From a virus, in IMG/VR virus record IMGVR_UViG_3300006163_000001: a DNA stretch of 64,000 nucleotides, one strand, 5' to 3'. Position 1 is the first letter of the stretch; the number at the start of each line of letters is the position of its first letter. The notes beneath the pieces were generated by a model that did not search any database, was not told the DNA's origin, and was given only the letters and a program-made list of their open reading frames with translations. Both the position numbers and the translations under genes were made by a program. Shown here one piece after another: positions 32,933-43,174 of this stretch.

Positions 32933-33741
32933 AGGCCGATCACCATCCAATTGCAGGTGGTTGTGGTCGTGTTGGTGCGGGTCAGCCACACAGTGAGGCC
33001 GCTCGACGTCAAGTTGTTGAAGGAGACGCCGGTGACTTGCGTGCCGGGCACGCTCGTATTCGGTGCGACGAGGGCCATGAAGGTGCTGCCGGCGACGCTC
33101 AGGCCCGTCACGGCGCCCGACGTGGGCGTGTTCGCAGCGCTGGGGGTGATGTTGATGGTGCCCCACGCGAAGTTGCTCGTCGTGAAGACGCCTTGCACGT
33201 TCATGTTGCAGTTGCCGCTTGCCCCGGCGCCGCCCACCTCGCGGAAGCCGCTCACGCCCACGTTGGGTGTGCTTCCGCTGGTCGAGCCGATGTCGACCAC
33301 GGCGCGCCAGTCCGTTGCCCCGATCGCCCCGGATTCGATGGTCAGGTCGCTGGAGGTGCCCTCGATCTCGTCGTAGGAGATGCTGGCAGGGACTCCAACC
33401 AGGCCGTCTTGGACAGGCCTGAAGCTGAGTTCGCCGCTGCTCAGGTACGAGGAGATGTTGTCTGGGTCCTGCCTGCCGCGCGTCCACAGGCCGCCGCCTC
33501 CGCTGGCGTCCGGGCCGAGTTCCGCCAGCAGGGTGACGCCGTCGTCGCCGTATACCTGCAGCGACTGGGAGGACTGCTGCAGGAGGACGCGGGCGCCGGA
33601 CGGGGCGGTCTGTACGAGGCCGATCGTCGCCGAGGTCAGTCGGCGTGCCGCCCGCAGTTCTTTGAGTTCGCGTTCCAGGCTTTGCACCCGTCGGGCGAGG
33701 CTGGTCATGTCGGGCGGCAGCTGGTCGAGTTGGCGGGGCAT
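32929..33741 (-). CDS. Minor tail/tail fibre-like protein
   Basis: N-terminal coiled coil (RRVQSLERELKELRAARR) and a Gly/Ser/Thr-rich beta-type C-terminus. Confidence 0.6.
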   Translation of the reverse strand: MPRQLDQLPPDMTSLARRVQSLERELKELRAARRLTSATIGLVQTAPSGARVLLQQSSQSLQVYGDDGVTLLAELGPDASGGGGLWTRGRQDPDNISSYLSSGELSFRPVQDGLVGVPASISYDEIEGTSSDLTIESGAIGATDWRAVVDIGSTSGSTPNVGVSGFREVGGAGASGNCNMNVQGVFTTSNFAWGTINITPSAANTPTSGAVTGLSVAGSTFMALVAPNTSVPGTQVTGVSFNNLTSSGLTVWLTRTNTTTTTCNWMVIGL

Positions 33742-34826
33742 CAGGTCTCCTCGACGATGATCGGCCGAATCTTGTCGGAGCCCGGGTCGAGCTCCCAGGA
33801 CCAGCAGCGGGCGACCACGTCGGCGCCCTGTGGGTGCCTAGGTGAGCGTTCCACGGCGAGGTGGACGCTGTCGCCGAGGAACCAGTCGCTGCCCAGCCGG
33901 GGGGCTTTGGAGGCGACGGCTTCGATCGACCACACCTGCGCGCCCTGCGCCATCAGGGTGAGGGTTTTTGCCGCGCTGCCGTCGAGTTTGTCGGGGTCGG
34001 TGACGCCGGTGGCGGGGGTGTAGCGGTATTCCCACACTGGCCAGCCGTTCGCGACGAGCGCGTTGGCGTCGTGCACGCCCGAGGTGAGCCGCGATGTGCC
34101 TTCGCCTTCGCCGCGGGCGATGACACGGGTGGCCCCTTTGCCGGACTCATACGATTCGGCGAGCGAGTAGCTGTTGACGCAGCCGGGGAAATCGAAGGTT
34201 CCCTCGGGGGTGCTGCTCTGTGTGCCGATCGCGGGGCGCACTCGCAGCGGGAACTGGAAGCCGCTGTGGGACGAGTTCCAGGCGACGTCGATGGTCCACT
34301 CGGGGCCGCCGTCCAACCCCATGATCTCTTTGAGGCAGGACAGGATCGACTTGTCGTCGCCGTTGTCGGTCAGGTAGTTCATGGTGACGCCCGTGCTGGG
34401 GGCGTCGATGACGATCGGCGGCCCTGCCGTCAGTGCGGGTGTGACCAGCGCGGAGACGACTGCGGCCTGGTCGGTGCCGATGAGGGTCTGGGTGCCGGGA
34501 AACCGGGCGTCGAGGTAGGCCTCCAGGGTGGCCGCGCCGAGGGAGACGGTCTGTGTGCTGCCGCCGGTGCGGGGCAGGATGACTCCGGCCCAGATGGGTG
34601 TGTCGGTGGTGGTGTCGACGGCGACGAGCATGCTGCGTCCGGGTGCGGTGGCGCCGTCCCAGCCGCTGGGGGCGCCGGGCAGGTTGAGGTCGAACTGCAG
34701 TGTTGTCGCGTCGCCGAGTTTCCTGGTCAGGGCCCCGGTGGGTTTGATCGACGGGAGGTCTTCGACGATGCCGCCGGTGAGCATGTCGCAGCCGTACCAG
34801 GCCAGCCGGTAGGGGCCGAGGGTCAC
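33741..34826 (-). CDS. Minor tail protein (361 aa)
   Basis: GTG at 34826 in a GTGA overlap. Positioned after the Dit-like and other minor tail genes. Confidence 0.6.
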   Translation of the reverse strand: MTLGPYRLAWYGCDMLTGGIVEDLPSIKPTGALTRKLGDATTLQFDLNLPGAPSGWDGATAPGRSMLVAVDTTTDTPIWAGVILPRTGGSTQTVSLGAATLEAYLDARFPGTQTLIGTDQAAVVSALVTPALTAGPPIVIDAPSTGVTMNYLTDNGDDKSILSCLKEIMGLDGGPEWTIDVAWNSSHSGFQFPLRVRPAIGTQSSTPEGTFDFPGCVNSYSLAESYESGKGATRVIARGEGEGTSRLTSGVHDANALVANGWPVWEYRYTPATGVTDPDKLDGSAAKTLTLMAQGAQVWSIEAVASKAPRLGSDWFLGDSVHLAVERSPRHPQGADVVARCWSWELDPGSDKIRPIIVEET

Positions 34827-35887
34827 GAGGTGGCCTCGTACTGGCCGGTGACCAGGAGCCTGCTGCCGGAGGCCCACACCCATGGGGAGACGCTGTCGAC
34901 GTTGCCGCTGGCGGCTGCCGCACCGCCCACGGTCGCCGAGTCGATGGTGAGCTGCAAGTTGAGGCCGGCAGCGTCCGTCTGCGCAGTTCCGGATACGCCC
35001 CGACTGGTGCCCGGCTCGTAGGCCGCTTTGCCTATCGGGAAGGTCCCGACCGCTGCAGTGACCGGCAACGTGAACTGCCAGTTGTCGCTTGAGACTGCAC
35101 CGCTGCCGAAGTTCGTGGTGCTGCCGAACGTGATGTTCATCGAGAACAGGACCAGGCGGCCGAGCTTGAAATATCTGCAGTCCACGGTTGCATTGCCGAA
35201 GCTTGGCGAGTGCAGGCCGGTGCTGGTGGACCAGGTCGGGGTCCACGGCGTGGAGGCGCCCGGGGTTTTGAGGTAGGTGTCCCAGGTGGTGCCGTTCCAG
35301 CGGCGCAGGTTTGTGCCGTCGTCCCAGTACTGGCCGACGAACATGGCCGTCGGGGTTGCCGTCTGCGGCAGGATGCCGCCCGGGGCGACCGCCACCGGCT
35401 TCACCGCTGTCGACACCGAGGCGGTGCTGCCGTTGGACACCGACAGTACGGTGATCGTGGCCAGCGGCATGTAGATCTGGGTGCCGGCTGGTGTGGGGGC
35501 GACGGGTGTCGATGACGGCGTTCCGGCGAGGTAGACGATGTCGGCCTTGTTCAGGCCGGAGGCGTCGACGCTGTTGTCCCACACTCGCAGGTAGACGAGG
35601 TCGATTCGGTTGAGGGTGGCGTGCGGCGCCGTGTACGTGCCGGGCGACACCGACGACGGGAACGCGCACCGGTAGACGCCCTGTCCGGCGTAGGCGACGG
35701 TGGCGACACCGGCCGAGCAGTTGATGGTCGTGCCTGCGAGGGTGACGGTGAGGCCCGGGTCGCCGGGGCGGACTCCCGAGGTCGACCCCAAGGCGCTGCC
35801 GTTGCCCATGGCGAACGCGGAGTCTGCGTTGCGTGCCTGCAGTCCGGTGAAGGCGAGTGTGTCGATGGCCCACGGGTTTACCGGCAT
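34823..35887 (-). CDS. Minor tail protein (354 aa)
   Basis: Gly/Thr/Ser-rich ORF in the tail module. Confidence 0.6.
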   Translation of the reverse strand: MPVNPWAIDTLAFTGLQARNADSAFAMGNGSALGSTSGVRPGDPGLTVTLAGTTINCSAGVATVAYAGQGVYRCAFPSSVSPGTYTAPHATLNRIDLVYLRVWDNSVDASGLNKADIVYLAGTPSSTPVAPTPAGTQIYMPLATITVLSVSNGSTASVSTAVKPVAVAPGGILPQTATPTAMFVGQYWDDGTNLRRWNGTTWDTYLKTPGASTPWTPTWSTSTGLHSPSFGNATVDCRYFKLGRLVLFSMNITFGSTTNFGSGAVSSDNWQFTLPVTAAVGTFPIGKAAYEPGTSRGVSGTAQTDAAGLNLQLTIDSATVGGAAAASGNVDSVSPWVWASGSRLLVTGQYEATS

Positions 35888-35897
35888 GGAGGTCTCC

Positions 35898-36770
35898 TCA
35901 CATCCAGGCCGAGCGCCACGTGGCGGTCAGCGTCGCGCTTGAGTTGTAGGTGGAGCTCTGGAACTGGTAGGTGACGGAGGCGCCGGCCGGGACGGTGGGC
36001 CAGCCGGAGGCGACGGTCATGAACCGGCGGCGGGAGACGCCGCCGTTGAGGATGACAGTGTGGGCGTCGGTGTCGATGGTGAGAACGTCCCCGGTTTGCA
36101 GATCGAGCGAGTAGATGAGCTGTTTGACGGTGCCGTCCGGGTAGAGGGCGGCCACGCTGGGGGCGGTGACCGGCCCGGCGATCGTCAGAACGGGCCGGGT
36201 CTCGATAGTTCCGCTGTTCAAGGCGTTGATGACGCCGGACACGGTCGTCGCCGAAAACGTGACGGGGAACGTGACCGGCCAGGTCAGGCCGCCTGTCGTC
36301 GACGGGAGCATCGCCGTCCCGGACTGCAGGGTGCTGCTGTAGCGGCGCGGGTCGGCGGCCGTCACCATCACGCTGTACGTAGCAATCCGGTCCGTGACAT
36401 AGGCCATCAGCGGCTTCCCCGAGCGGCGCACGGTCGCCTGCTTCGCCCCGGCCAGCTCGTACACCACCAGCGTCGTATCAGACAGGGCTGCCGCACTGCG
36501 CAGCTGCTCCAGCGCACCCTCGAGGGTGACGCGGTCCGGGGCGGTGATGGTGCCGGCGAGGGTGATGGGCCGGGCGCCGAGATACACCGGGGACGCCCAC
36601 GCCCCATGATCAGCTTCCCGGTCGGTGTACTCCGCGCGGACTTCGGCACCGTCCCAGCCGTCGAGGGTCTGGAGTGCCCAGGCGACTCCGAGACTGTCGA
36701 CCCTTCCAAGCTGCACTGTCCCAAGGTCGGCCCACAGGCCGCCGAGATCCTGGCCCGCTGTGAACGGCAC
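35898..36770 (-). CDS. Distal tail (Dit)-like minor tail protein (290 aa)
   Basis: GTG at 36770, directly downstream of the tape measure gene. Confidence 0.55.
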   Translation of the reverse strand: MPFTAGQDLGGLWADLGTVQLGRVDSLGVAWALQTLDGWDGAEVRAEYTDREADHGAWASPVYLGARPITLAGTITAPDRVTLEGALEQLRSAAALSDTTLVVYELAGAKQATVRRSGKPLMAYVTDRIATYSVMVTAADPRRYSSTLQSGTAMLPSTTGGLTWPVTFPVTFSATTVSGVINALNSGTIETRPVLTIAGPVTAPSVAALYPDGTVKQLIYSLDLQTGDVLTIDTDAHTVILNGGVSRRRFMTVASGWPTVPAGASVTYQFQSSTYNSSATLTATWRSAWM

Positions 36771-36784
36771 CGCGGCCCCCTTCC

Positions 36785-39700
36785 TCAGCCGACGAACGTC
36801 ATGTGGCGTGCGATGTCGGCGGCCTGCTCGGCACTGGTCTGCTTGGCGCCGTTGAGGGTGATATTGGTAATGCGGTCGCCTCCCCGTCCCGCCGCGCTGT
36901 CCCCGTAGCTGTGGCTGGCGTACCGGCTGGCCGGCACGAGGTGATAGCCGAGTGCTGCGGCAGACGCGGCTAGCAGCGCACGCGAGCGGGCCGTGCTGGT
37001 GAGCGGGATGAACGCCTCCGCCACGCCCGCCTCGCCGGCCAGTACCGCGGTGGGCCTGGTGAGGATCCCTCCGGCTGCCATCGCTTTGCCGCCCTGCGAC
37101 ACCCACTGCCTGACGAACACGTCTTTGTTCGCATGGGGCAGTGCGGCGATCTGGGCGGTCATCTTGGGGACGATCGACTTGATGACGTCGGGGCCGAGTC
37201 CGGCGGCGATCAGGTCGGCGTAGCCGCGTCCGGGTCCGCCTCGCAGGGTGGACAGCAGGATCAGGCTGTTGGTGAGGTCGTCTCCGGTGAGCGTGGCCTG
37301 TGCTTTGCCGACCGTCTTGTTGGCGGTCGCTGCGGCTTTGCTGTCGCCTGCAGCCTGGTGGGCGAGCGCCTGCGCGTTGGAGTCGCCCTGCGCGGCCAGA
37401 GCCTGCGCCAGATCGCCGTAGCCCTCGGCAGCCAGTTTTTGCAGGTCGGCGGCAAACTGCTGGTTCGTCTTGGTCGACGCGTTCAGCTGCTTGTCGAAGT
37501 CCGCCAGGGTCGCTTTGGCGACGTCGCCGGTCTTCTGCAGCTTGGCGACGATGTCCTTGAACTGCTTCGCCGACGCCCCGGCGAGGGAGTTGACGAGGGC
37601 GTAGCCGTCCTGGCCCATGTTCTCCAGGAGGGATTCGACCTCCGCCCCACCCCGCTTGGAGATCTTCGCGAGGTTGCCGCGCCACTTCTCCGTCGCCGCC
37701 ACCGACGCGTTGAGCTGCTTCTCGTAGGCCTTCAGGTCGAACCCGGTCGGCGGCTTCGCGCCCCGCCTCACCCCGAGGGCCTTGTCGGCGTCGTAGACAT
37801 GCTGCCGGTCCTTGGCGACCGTCTTGTCGGCGGCCCTCTTCGCCCCCTCCGCCTTCCCGACCCGCTGCTCCGCGGCCCGCAACTGGGCGGCGGTGTGATG
37901 GTGATGGCGGACGTAGGACAGGTTCTTTTCGGCAGCCGACAGGGCGTCGGCAGCCTTCCTCTGCTCCTTCACCGCCGAGGTCAGCGTGTTCCAGGCGTCC
38001 TTGAGGGCCTGGACCGCATTGTCGTAGCGGGTCTTCGCATCCGACGGGCCGCCTAGGACGGGCTGCCCTGTCGGCGCGTAGGTGAAGCCGGCGAGACCGC
38101 CCGATGCATACCGTCCGGCGTTGAGCCGGTCGAACATGCCCACGCCGTACTTGGCGACGGCCGCCGCCTTGATGACGTACTCGCCGTTGGAGATGAGTGC
38201 CGGGATGCTGTCAGATGTGCCCGTGCCGGGGCCTGCGACGGGGCCTCCGTAGGGGATGTATTGGACGATGCCGCCGTCGGCGCGGTGGATGAGGCCGCCG
38301 TCCTTGTGGGGGCCCTGGCTGTAGTACTTGGACGGGTCGACGCCTGTTGCCACACCGTTGATCTGCACGGTGACGGTCTTGCCGTGCACGCTGTTGATCG
38401 CACCCTGGATCGCGCTAGCCGCCGCGATCGGCCCGCCGGCTGGCAGGGTGATGGTGACCTGCTTGCCGTGGGTGCGGGAGATGTGGAAGCCGAGCGCGGA
38501 CAGGGCAGCCTCTGCGCCCCTGGTGAGGGCGCTGACGGTGACGCTTTTGCCGTGCGTGGCGGCGACCTTGCGCTGTACCGCCTGCAGTTCTGCGATCGTT
38601 GCCGCCACATCGGCACCCACCACGACCGTCTTGCCCGGCATCTTCTTGGCGATCAGCGCATCAAGGGCCGCGGCTGCCTTACCCGTCGGCGCGGTGATCT
38701 CCATCTGTCGGCCGCCCGGCAGCGTCTTGACCTTGAAGCCGACCGATTCGATCGCCTTGAGGGCGTCGCCGGTCAGCGCCGACACCTTGATCGTGGAGCC
38801 CTTCGGCATGTGCCCGGCCAGGCCCTGCACGTACAGCAGCTGCTTCTGGGTGTCCGAGAGGCCAGGCGTGGACATGGTGATGGCCAGGCTGCTCGGGATG
38901 AACCCCATCTGATTCGCGAGCACCTTCGCTTGGTCGGCGGACAGGCCGAACGCCCCGCCCGCCTTGACCGCCGCAGACCAGGCCGTCTGCATGTGCTTTT
39001 CGGCCTGCTGCAAGGCCGGGACCGTGCCGACGTTGTTGGCGCGCGCGAAATCGTAGGTGGCCTGCGCCGCGCTTGCGGTCTGCTCGTTCAGCGCCTGCAG
39101 CTTCGTCCACAGGCTCTGCCCGTTCTGGCTGGTCGTGTTGAGGCTGCCGTCGACCTGCAGAAGAGCCTTGCCGTAGCCCTGCGAATGGTTGACGCCGTCC
39201 TTCCATGAGGAGTTGAGGTCAAGGATCGCGGCGTTCATGTTCGCAACCGCCGCCTGGACGTCCAGCTCGCCGCCCGAGAGCAGATCGAGGGCAGTGTGCA
39301 GGGCCGTCGCCTTCGTGTCCGCGTCCGACGCCGAGTCGCCGAGGGTCTTGATGGCGTTCTGTAGCCGCCCCGTCGGGTCGGTGGCGTCCAGGGCGGCAGC
39401 CCCCGAGCCCTTGGTGGCGTCGGCGAGATCCTTCTGCCTGTTCCGGGCCGTCTCGAACTCGCCGGACAGGCTGCCGAGCGCGTCCCCCGCCTTCTTGTAC
39501 GTCTCCCCCAGCGGCGTGTACACCTTCTGCGTGGTGCGGCCGTTGGAGACGAACCTGACGTTCTCCTCGGCGGCCGAAGCGAGCCGCTTCCGCAGGGCGT
39601 CGATGCTGGTGCCCTGTCCGAGGTAGGCGTTCGTGAGTTCGGTCGTGCCGACGTGAGCCTGCTGCATCACGGTCAGCAGCTGAGTTTTGCCGTCCCTCAG

Positions 39701-42064
39701 CTTTGCGTCCGCCAGGGTCTGCACGGCGGCGGCGCGGACGCTGCCGTCTGCCACGCCGGCGGACTGCTGGAGTGCCTGGGTGAGGCTGGAGATCCGCTGC
39801 TGGTGCGCGGCTGCCGCTGCGGCGGCTTCCTGCTGTTTCCGGGCCAGCATGTCGAGGCCGATCATGGCGCCGGCGATGGCGACGCCCCACGGGCCGCCGA
39901 GGAATCCCCACAGGCCGCGGGCCGCGCCCATCAGGCCGCGCCCGGCGCCCGTGCCGATGGCGGCCACCGCGCCGCCGGCCGCCGACCGGAATCCGACCAG
40001 CCGACCACCCGCCTCCTGAATGCCAGCGGAGGCGCTGCGGAAGCTCGTGCCCATGGCGGCGATCGTCGGAGAGCGGGCTTCCAGGGCCGCGAGTCCCGAC
40101 CCCCAGCGGCCCAGCGACACCCCGGCCTGCGAGGCAAGGATGGCCTGCGTCTGCATGGCGCCGCGCACACCGTTGAACGACGCCACAGCCGAACGGCCGT
40201 AGCCGGCGACGGCGTCACGCATGCCCTGGATCTGCCCGCGGAACGGCCGCATCGCCAGCATCGACAGGACGGTCAGCTGGATCGGGCCCGGCAGGGCTCC
40301 GAAGGCGTGGGCGATGCCGCCCACCAACTCCCCGATCGGCCGCAGAATGCCGGACATGTCACCGATCAGGCCGACGCCGACCTGCAGTCGCCCTGTGGCC
40401 ACGCCAAGGGCGCCCGCCCCCGAAGAGACGGACGTGAGCAGATCGTGCATGCCGCCCACCAGGGGGGCGGCTGCCGCGCCGGCGTTGCCGAGCACCTTCT
40501 CCAGCGACTGCACGGACGTGATGGCCAGCGGCACCGCGGCGACAAGCGCCCCCGACAGCGCCGCCTTCACCGGGGTTGCCAGACCGGCTACGGCTCGCCC
40601 GATGCCGCCCTCCGCAGCATGCAGCTTCGCCTCGACGGCGGGCCCGTAGATGTCCCACAGGTCCCCGGCGATACGGATCCCCGACTTGATGTACGGGATT
40701 GCGTCCGAGACGCCCTTCGACATGCCGCGCGTAATCTTCTCCAGGCCGGGTGCGACCCCGAGGTACACCTGCAGGAATGCCGACTGGAGTTGCTTGCCCA
40801 GGCCGCGCATCGCGCCGCCCAGCCCCTTCGACTCCGCCGCGGCCAGGGCTGCGGCGCCGCCCACACGGCCCACCTGGATCCCGAACTGCTGGAAAGCCGT
40901 CCCGCCCTGGTGCGCGAGCGCCACCATGCCAGCGAGCGCCGGCTTGCCGAACGCCATCGCGGCGGCGGCCGTGAACTGCTGCGTCGACAGGTGCTCGGAT
41001 GCGGTGCCGAGCTGGGTGATGACGTAGCCGAGGCCCTTGAACTTGCCGTTCGAGTCGAACGCCTGGATGCCGAGTTCGTGCAGGCCTTTCTGGGCGAGCT
41101 TGGTCGGCTTGGCCATGTTGACCAGCGCAGACCGAAGGGCGGTGCCCGCGGTTTCGCCGATGATTCCGGACTTGCCGAGCAGGCCGACTGCGGTGGCCGT
41201 GTCCTTGATGGAGATGCCCATGGTGTGGGCGATGGGGCCCACGTATTTCATGGCGTAGTAGATGTCCATGAGTTCGCCGGACGCCGAGTTGGCCGTGTTG
41301 GCGAGGACGTCCGCTACATGGGTGGCCTCGGTCGACTTGAGGGCGAACTGGTCCATGACGTCGCCCTCGATCTTCGCCGCCGTAGCGACGTCGGTTCGGG
41401 CGGCGGCAGAGAGCTGGATGGTGCCCCGCGCGGCCTTGATGGCGTCCTGTGCGCTGAGACCAGCCTTCGCCAGCTCCACCATCGCGTCCGCGGCCTCCGC
41501 CGCGTTCGCCGACGGAAGCTTCATGTCCGCGCCGAGGGCCTGCGCCTCCCGGCCCGCCGACGACATCTGCGCCCCCGAGGCCCTGGTGACCTCGAGGAAC
41601 TTGTTCATCGCGTCGGTGTACTCATTGCCCGCATGCACGATGTCGTGCAGGCCGAACAGGATCGCGCCGCCCGCCAGGAGCGCGCCAAGGTGCTTGACCG
41701 GGCCCAGAACCGACTCGACGCCGGAGCGCACCGAACCCATTCCTGTACGGGCTGCGGCGCCCATGCGCCCGAACGCAGGCGTGGCAAGTGCGGTCTCGTC
41801 TCGCACGGCCCGCGCGCCGCGGCTGGCGGCCAATGCTGCGGCCTCGGCTTCGCCGACGCCAGCCGCGCCGCCGCGCGCTCCCGCGCCCATGGCCATCAGC
41901 CCTGTGCGGGCCGCTGCCCCGTCGACGCCGAGGGCCCGAATGCCGCGTCCGGCGACGAGGGAGGCTTCCCCGAGGGCGAGGAGTTCGCCGGTGCCGGTGC
42001 GCACGACGGTGCCGAAGCCGGGCATCTCGGCGATGACGCGAACCCGCACGGTACGGTCGGTCAC
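36785..42064 (-). CDS. Tape measure protein (1759 aa)
   Basis: Very long Ala/Gly-rich helical ORF in the canonical position, with internal hydrophobic segments. Confidence 0.95.
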   Translation of the reverse strand: MTDRTVRVRVIAEMPGFGTVVRTGTGELLALGEASLVAGRGIRALGVDGAAARTGLMAMGAGARGGAAGVGEAEAAALAASRGARAVRDETALATPAFGRMGAAARTGMGSVRSGVESVLGPVKHLGALLAGGAILFGLHDIVHAGNEYTDAMNKFLEVTRASGAQMSSAGREAQALGADMKLPSANAAEAADAMVELAKAGLSAQDAIKAARGTIQLSAAARTDVATAAKIEGDVMDQFALKSTEATHVADVLANTANSASGELMDIYYAMKYVGPIAHTMGISIKDTATAVGLLGKSGIIGETAGTALRSALVNMAKPTKLAQKGLHELGIQAFDSNGKFKGLGYVITQLGTASEHLSTQQFTAAAAMAFGKPALAGMVALAHQGGTAFQQFGIQVGRVGGAAALAAAESKGLGGAMRGLGKQLQSAFLQVYLGVAPGLEKITRGMSKGVSDAIPYIKSGIRIAGDLWDIYGPAVEAKLHAAEGGIGRAVAGLATPVKAALSGALVAAVPLAITSVQSLEKVLGNAGAAAAPLVGGMHDLLTSVSSGAGALGVATGRLQVGVGLIGDMSGILRPIGELVGGIAHAFGALPGPIQLTVLSMLAMRPFRGQIQGMRDAVAGYGRSAVASFNGVRGAMQTQAILASQAGVSLGRWGSGLAALEARSPTIAAMGTSFRSASAGIQEAGGRLVGFRSAAGGAVAAIGTGAGRGLMGAARGLWGFLGGPWGVAIAGAMIGLDMLARKQQEAAAAAAAHQQRISSLTQALQQSAGVADGSVRAAAVQTLADAKLRDGKTQLLTVMQQAHVGTTELTNAYLGQGTSIDALRKRLASAAEENVRFVSNGRTTQKVYTPLGETYKKAGDALGSLSGEFETARNRQKDLADATKGSGAAALDATDPTGRLQNAIKTLGDSASDADTKATALHTALDLLSGGELDVQAAVANMNAAILDLNSSWKDGVNHSQGYGKALLQVDGSLNTTSQNGQSLWTKLQALNEQTASAAQATYDFARANNVGTVPALQQAEKHMQTAWSAAVKAGGAFGLSADQAKVLANQMGFIPSSLAITMSTPGLSDTQKQLLYVQGLAGHMPKGSTIKVSALTGDALKAIESVGFKVKTLPGGRQMEITAPTGKAAAALDALIAKKMPGKTVVVGADVAATIAELQAVQRKVAATHGKSVTVSALTRGAEAALSALGFHISRTHGKQVTITLPAGGPIAAASAIQGAINSVHGKTVTVQINGVATGVDPSKYYSQGPHKDGGLIHRADGGIVQYIPYGGPVAGPGTGTSDSIPALISNGEYVIKAAAVAKYGVGMFDRLNAGRYASGGLAGFTYAPTGQPVLGGPSDAKTRYDNAVQALKDAWNTLTSAVKEQRKAADALSAAEKNLSYVRHHHHTAAQLRAAEQRVGKAEGAKRAADKTVAKDRQHVYDADKALGVRRGAKPPTGFDLKAYEKQLNASVAATEKWRGNLAKISKRGGAEVESLLENMGQDGYALVNSLAGASAKQFKDIVAKLQKTGDVAKATLADFDKQLNASTKTNQQFAADLQKLAAEGYGDLAQALAAQGDSNAQALAHQAAGDSKAAATANKTVGKAQATLTGDDLTNSLILLSTLRGGPGRGYADLIAAGLGPDVIKSIVPKMTAQIAALPHANKDVFVRQWVSQGGKAMAAGGILTRPTAVLAGEAGVAEAFIPLTSTARSRALLAASAAALGYHLVPASRYASHSYGDSAAGRGGDRITNITLNGAKQTSAEQAADIARHMTFVG

Positions 42065-42129
42065 GGCAGCCCCCGATCTTCAGTTATGGAGGCGTGCACG
42101 CGCGCGGCGTCGGGCGGGAGAATGTCGGC

Positions 42130-42528
42130 ATGGACGATCTGGTGCAGTGGCTCGGCGAGCAACTCGACATCGATACGGCCCGCGCCACGGCTGCGGCCGA
42201 GGAGGACGGCCCCGACTGGCATTACGACGGACATGCCGTCATCACGCGCCGCGAGGGTGACCTCGTGGCGGTCGGATCTCAGGACTACATGGACCCGGAG
42301 CGCGGGGCGTACATCGCGGAGCATGATCCGGCCCGGGTGCTGCGTGAGATCGACGCCGACCGAAAGCTGCTCGCCCTGTTCATCGAGGTAGGCGCCCGCG
42401 AGGTCGACCTCGACGACGCCGTCGAGTACGCGCACGGATGGGTGAACGCACTCGGCATGGCGGTACGCCTGCGCGCGTCAGCGTTCAGCGACCGGCCCGG
42501 CTTCCGCGAGGAATGGCGCCCGAACTGA
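42130..42528 (+). CDS. DUF6221-like protein encoded opposite to the tail operon
   Basis: MDDLVQWLGEQLDIDTARATAA...AYIAEHDPARVLREIDADRKLL...DRPGFREEWRPN. The overlapping minus-strand ORF looks like a shadow ORF. Confidence 0.65.
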   Translation: MDDLVQWLGEQLDIDTARATAAAEEDGPDWHYDGHAVITRREGDLVAVGSQDYMDPERGAYIAEHDPARVLREIDADRKLLALFIEVGAREVDLDDAVEYAHGWVNALGMAVRLRASAFSDRPGFREEWRPN

Positions 42529-42546
42529 CCCATCTGGAACTTCAGG

Positions 42547-43149
42547 TCAGCCGGTGGCCATCCCGAAGGAGCGCAGGATGTCGGCGGCGGCCTGCGAGGG
42601 CGGCCCGAGCTCGCCGGTCTGGAACTGGATGGCGATGGCGGCTTGCCACAACTGCCCGAGCTGGCCGTCGGAAAGATCGTCCCAGAACGCGGCGAACTCT
42701 TCCGGCGTCTCCGGCTTCGGCTCGACGAGTTGGGCTTCGACGAGGGCAGGGGCGAACGCGTCCGGATCGAAGGCCGGTTCCTCACTGCCACCGCGGCCTG
42801 CCGCCGTCTCGATCTGTTCCTTCGTCGGCGGATTTTCTGCCCGGAGTCCCTGGTAGGCGCGGTGCGTGATCGCTTCCAGGGTGAACCGCACCCGCGAGGC
42901 CTCGGCTTGCACCTCCGCCTCTTGAAGGCGTTTGGCGACATCCCGGGCTGTCTCTGTGCCGTTCGCCGCGTCGTGCCGCTGCGCCCGTTCCAGGAGCTGT
43001 TCCAGGGCGCCGATCTCGGCGGCGGCCTCGGCGTCCAGCACCATGTCGACGATCTGCCGGGGCCGCTGAATCTTGGCCCGCACGGCGGCGAACGTCAGCG
43101 CGGGCTTCGCCGCCCGGCGCGCGGGCGGCTTCCTGCTCGAAGTGGTCAT
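42547..43149 (-). CDS. Tail-module protein of unknown function (200 aa)
   Basis: Clean ORF between the gp10-like gene and the tape measure. Possibly chaperone-like. Confidence 0.5.
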   Translation of the reverse strand: MTTSSRKPPARRAAKPALTFAAVRAKIQRPRQIVDMVLDAEAAAEIGALEQLLERAQRHDAANGTETARDVAKRLQEAEVQAEASRVRFTLEAITHRAYQGLRAENPPTKEQIETAAGRGGSEEPAFDPDAFAPALVEAQLVEPKPETPEEFAAFWDDLSDGQLGQLWQAAIAIQFQTGELGPPSQAAADILRSFGMATG

Positions 43150-43174
43150 GGGGATCCCTGTCCGTCAATTGCTT

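Noticed and set aside
39653-42391. 912-aa plus-strand ORF, plus other long ORFs inside the tape measure region
   Set aside because: Antisense or off-frame shadows of the 1759-aa tape measure gene, with an Arg/Gly/His-rich composition and no RBS.
42061-42435. Minus-strand 124-aa ORF that would continue the tail operon
   Set aside because: Its translation is Arg/Val/Leu-rich with no motif. The plus-strand frame over the same DNA gives a protein with recognisable DUF6221-like hallmarks and better codon usage.
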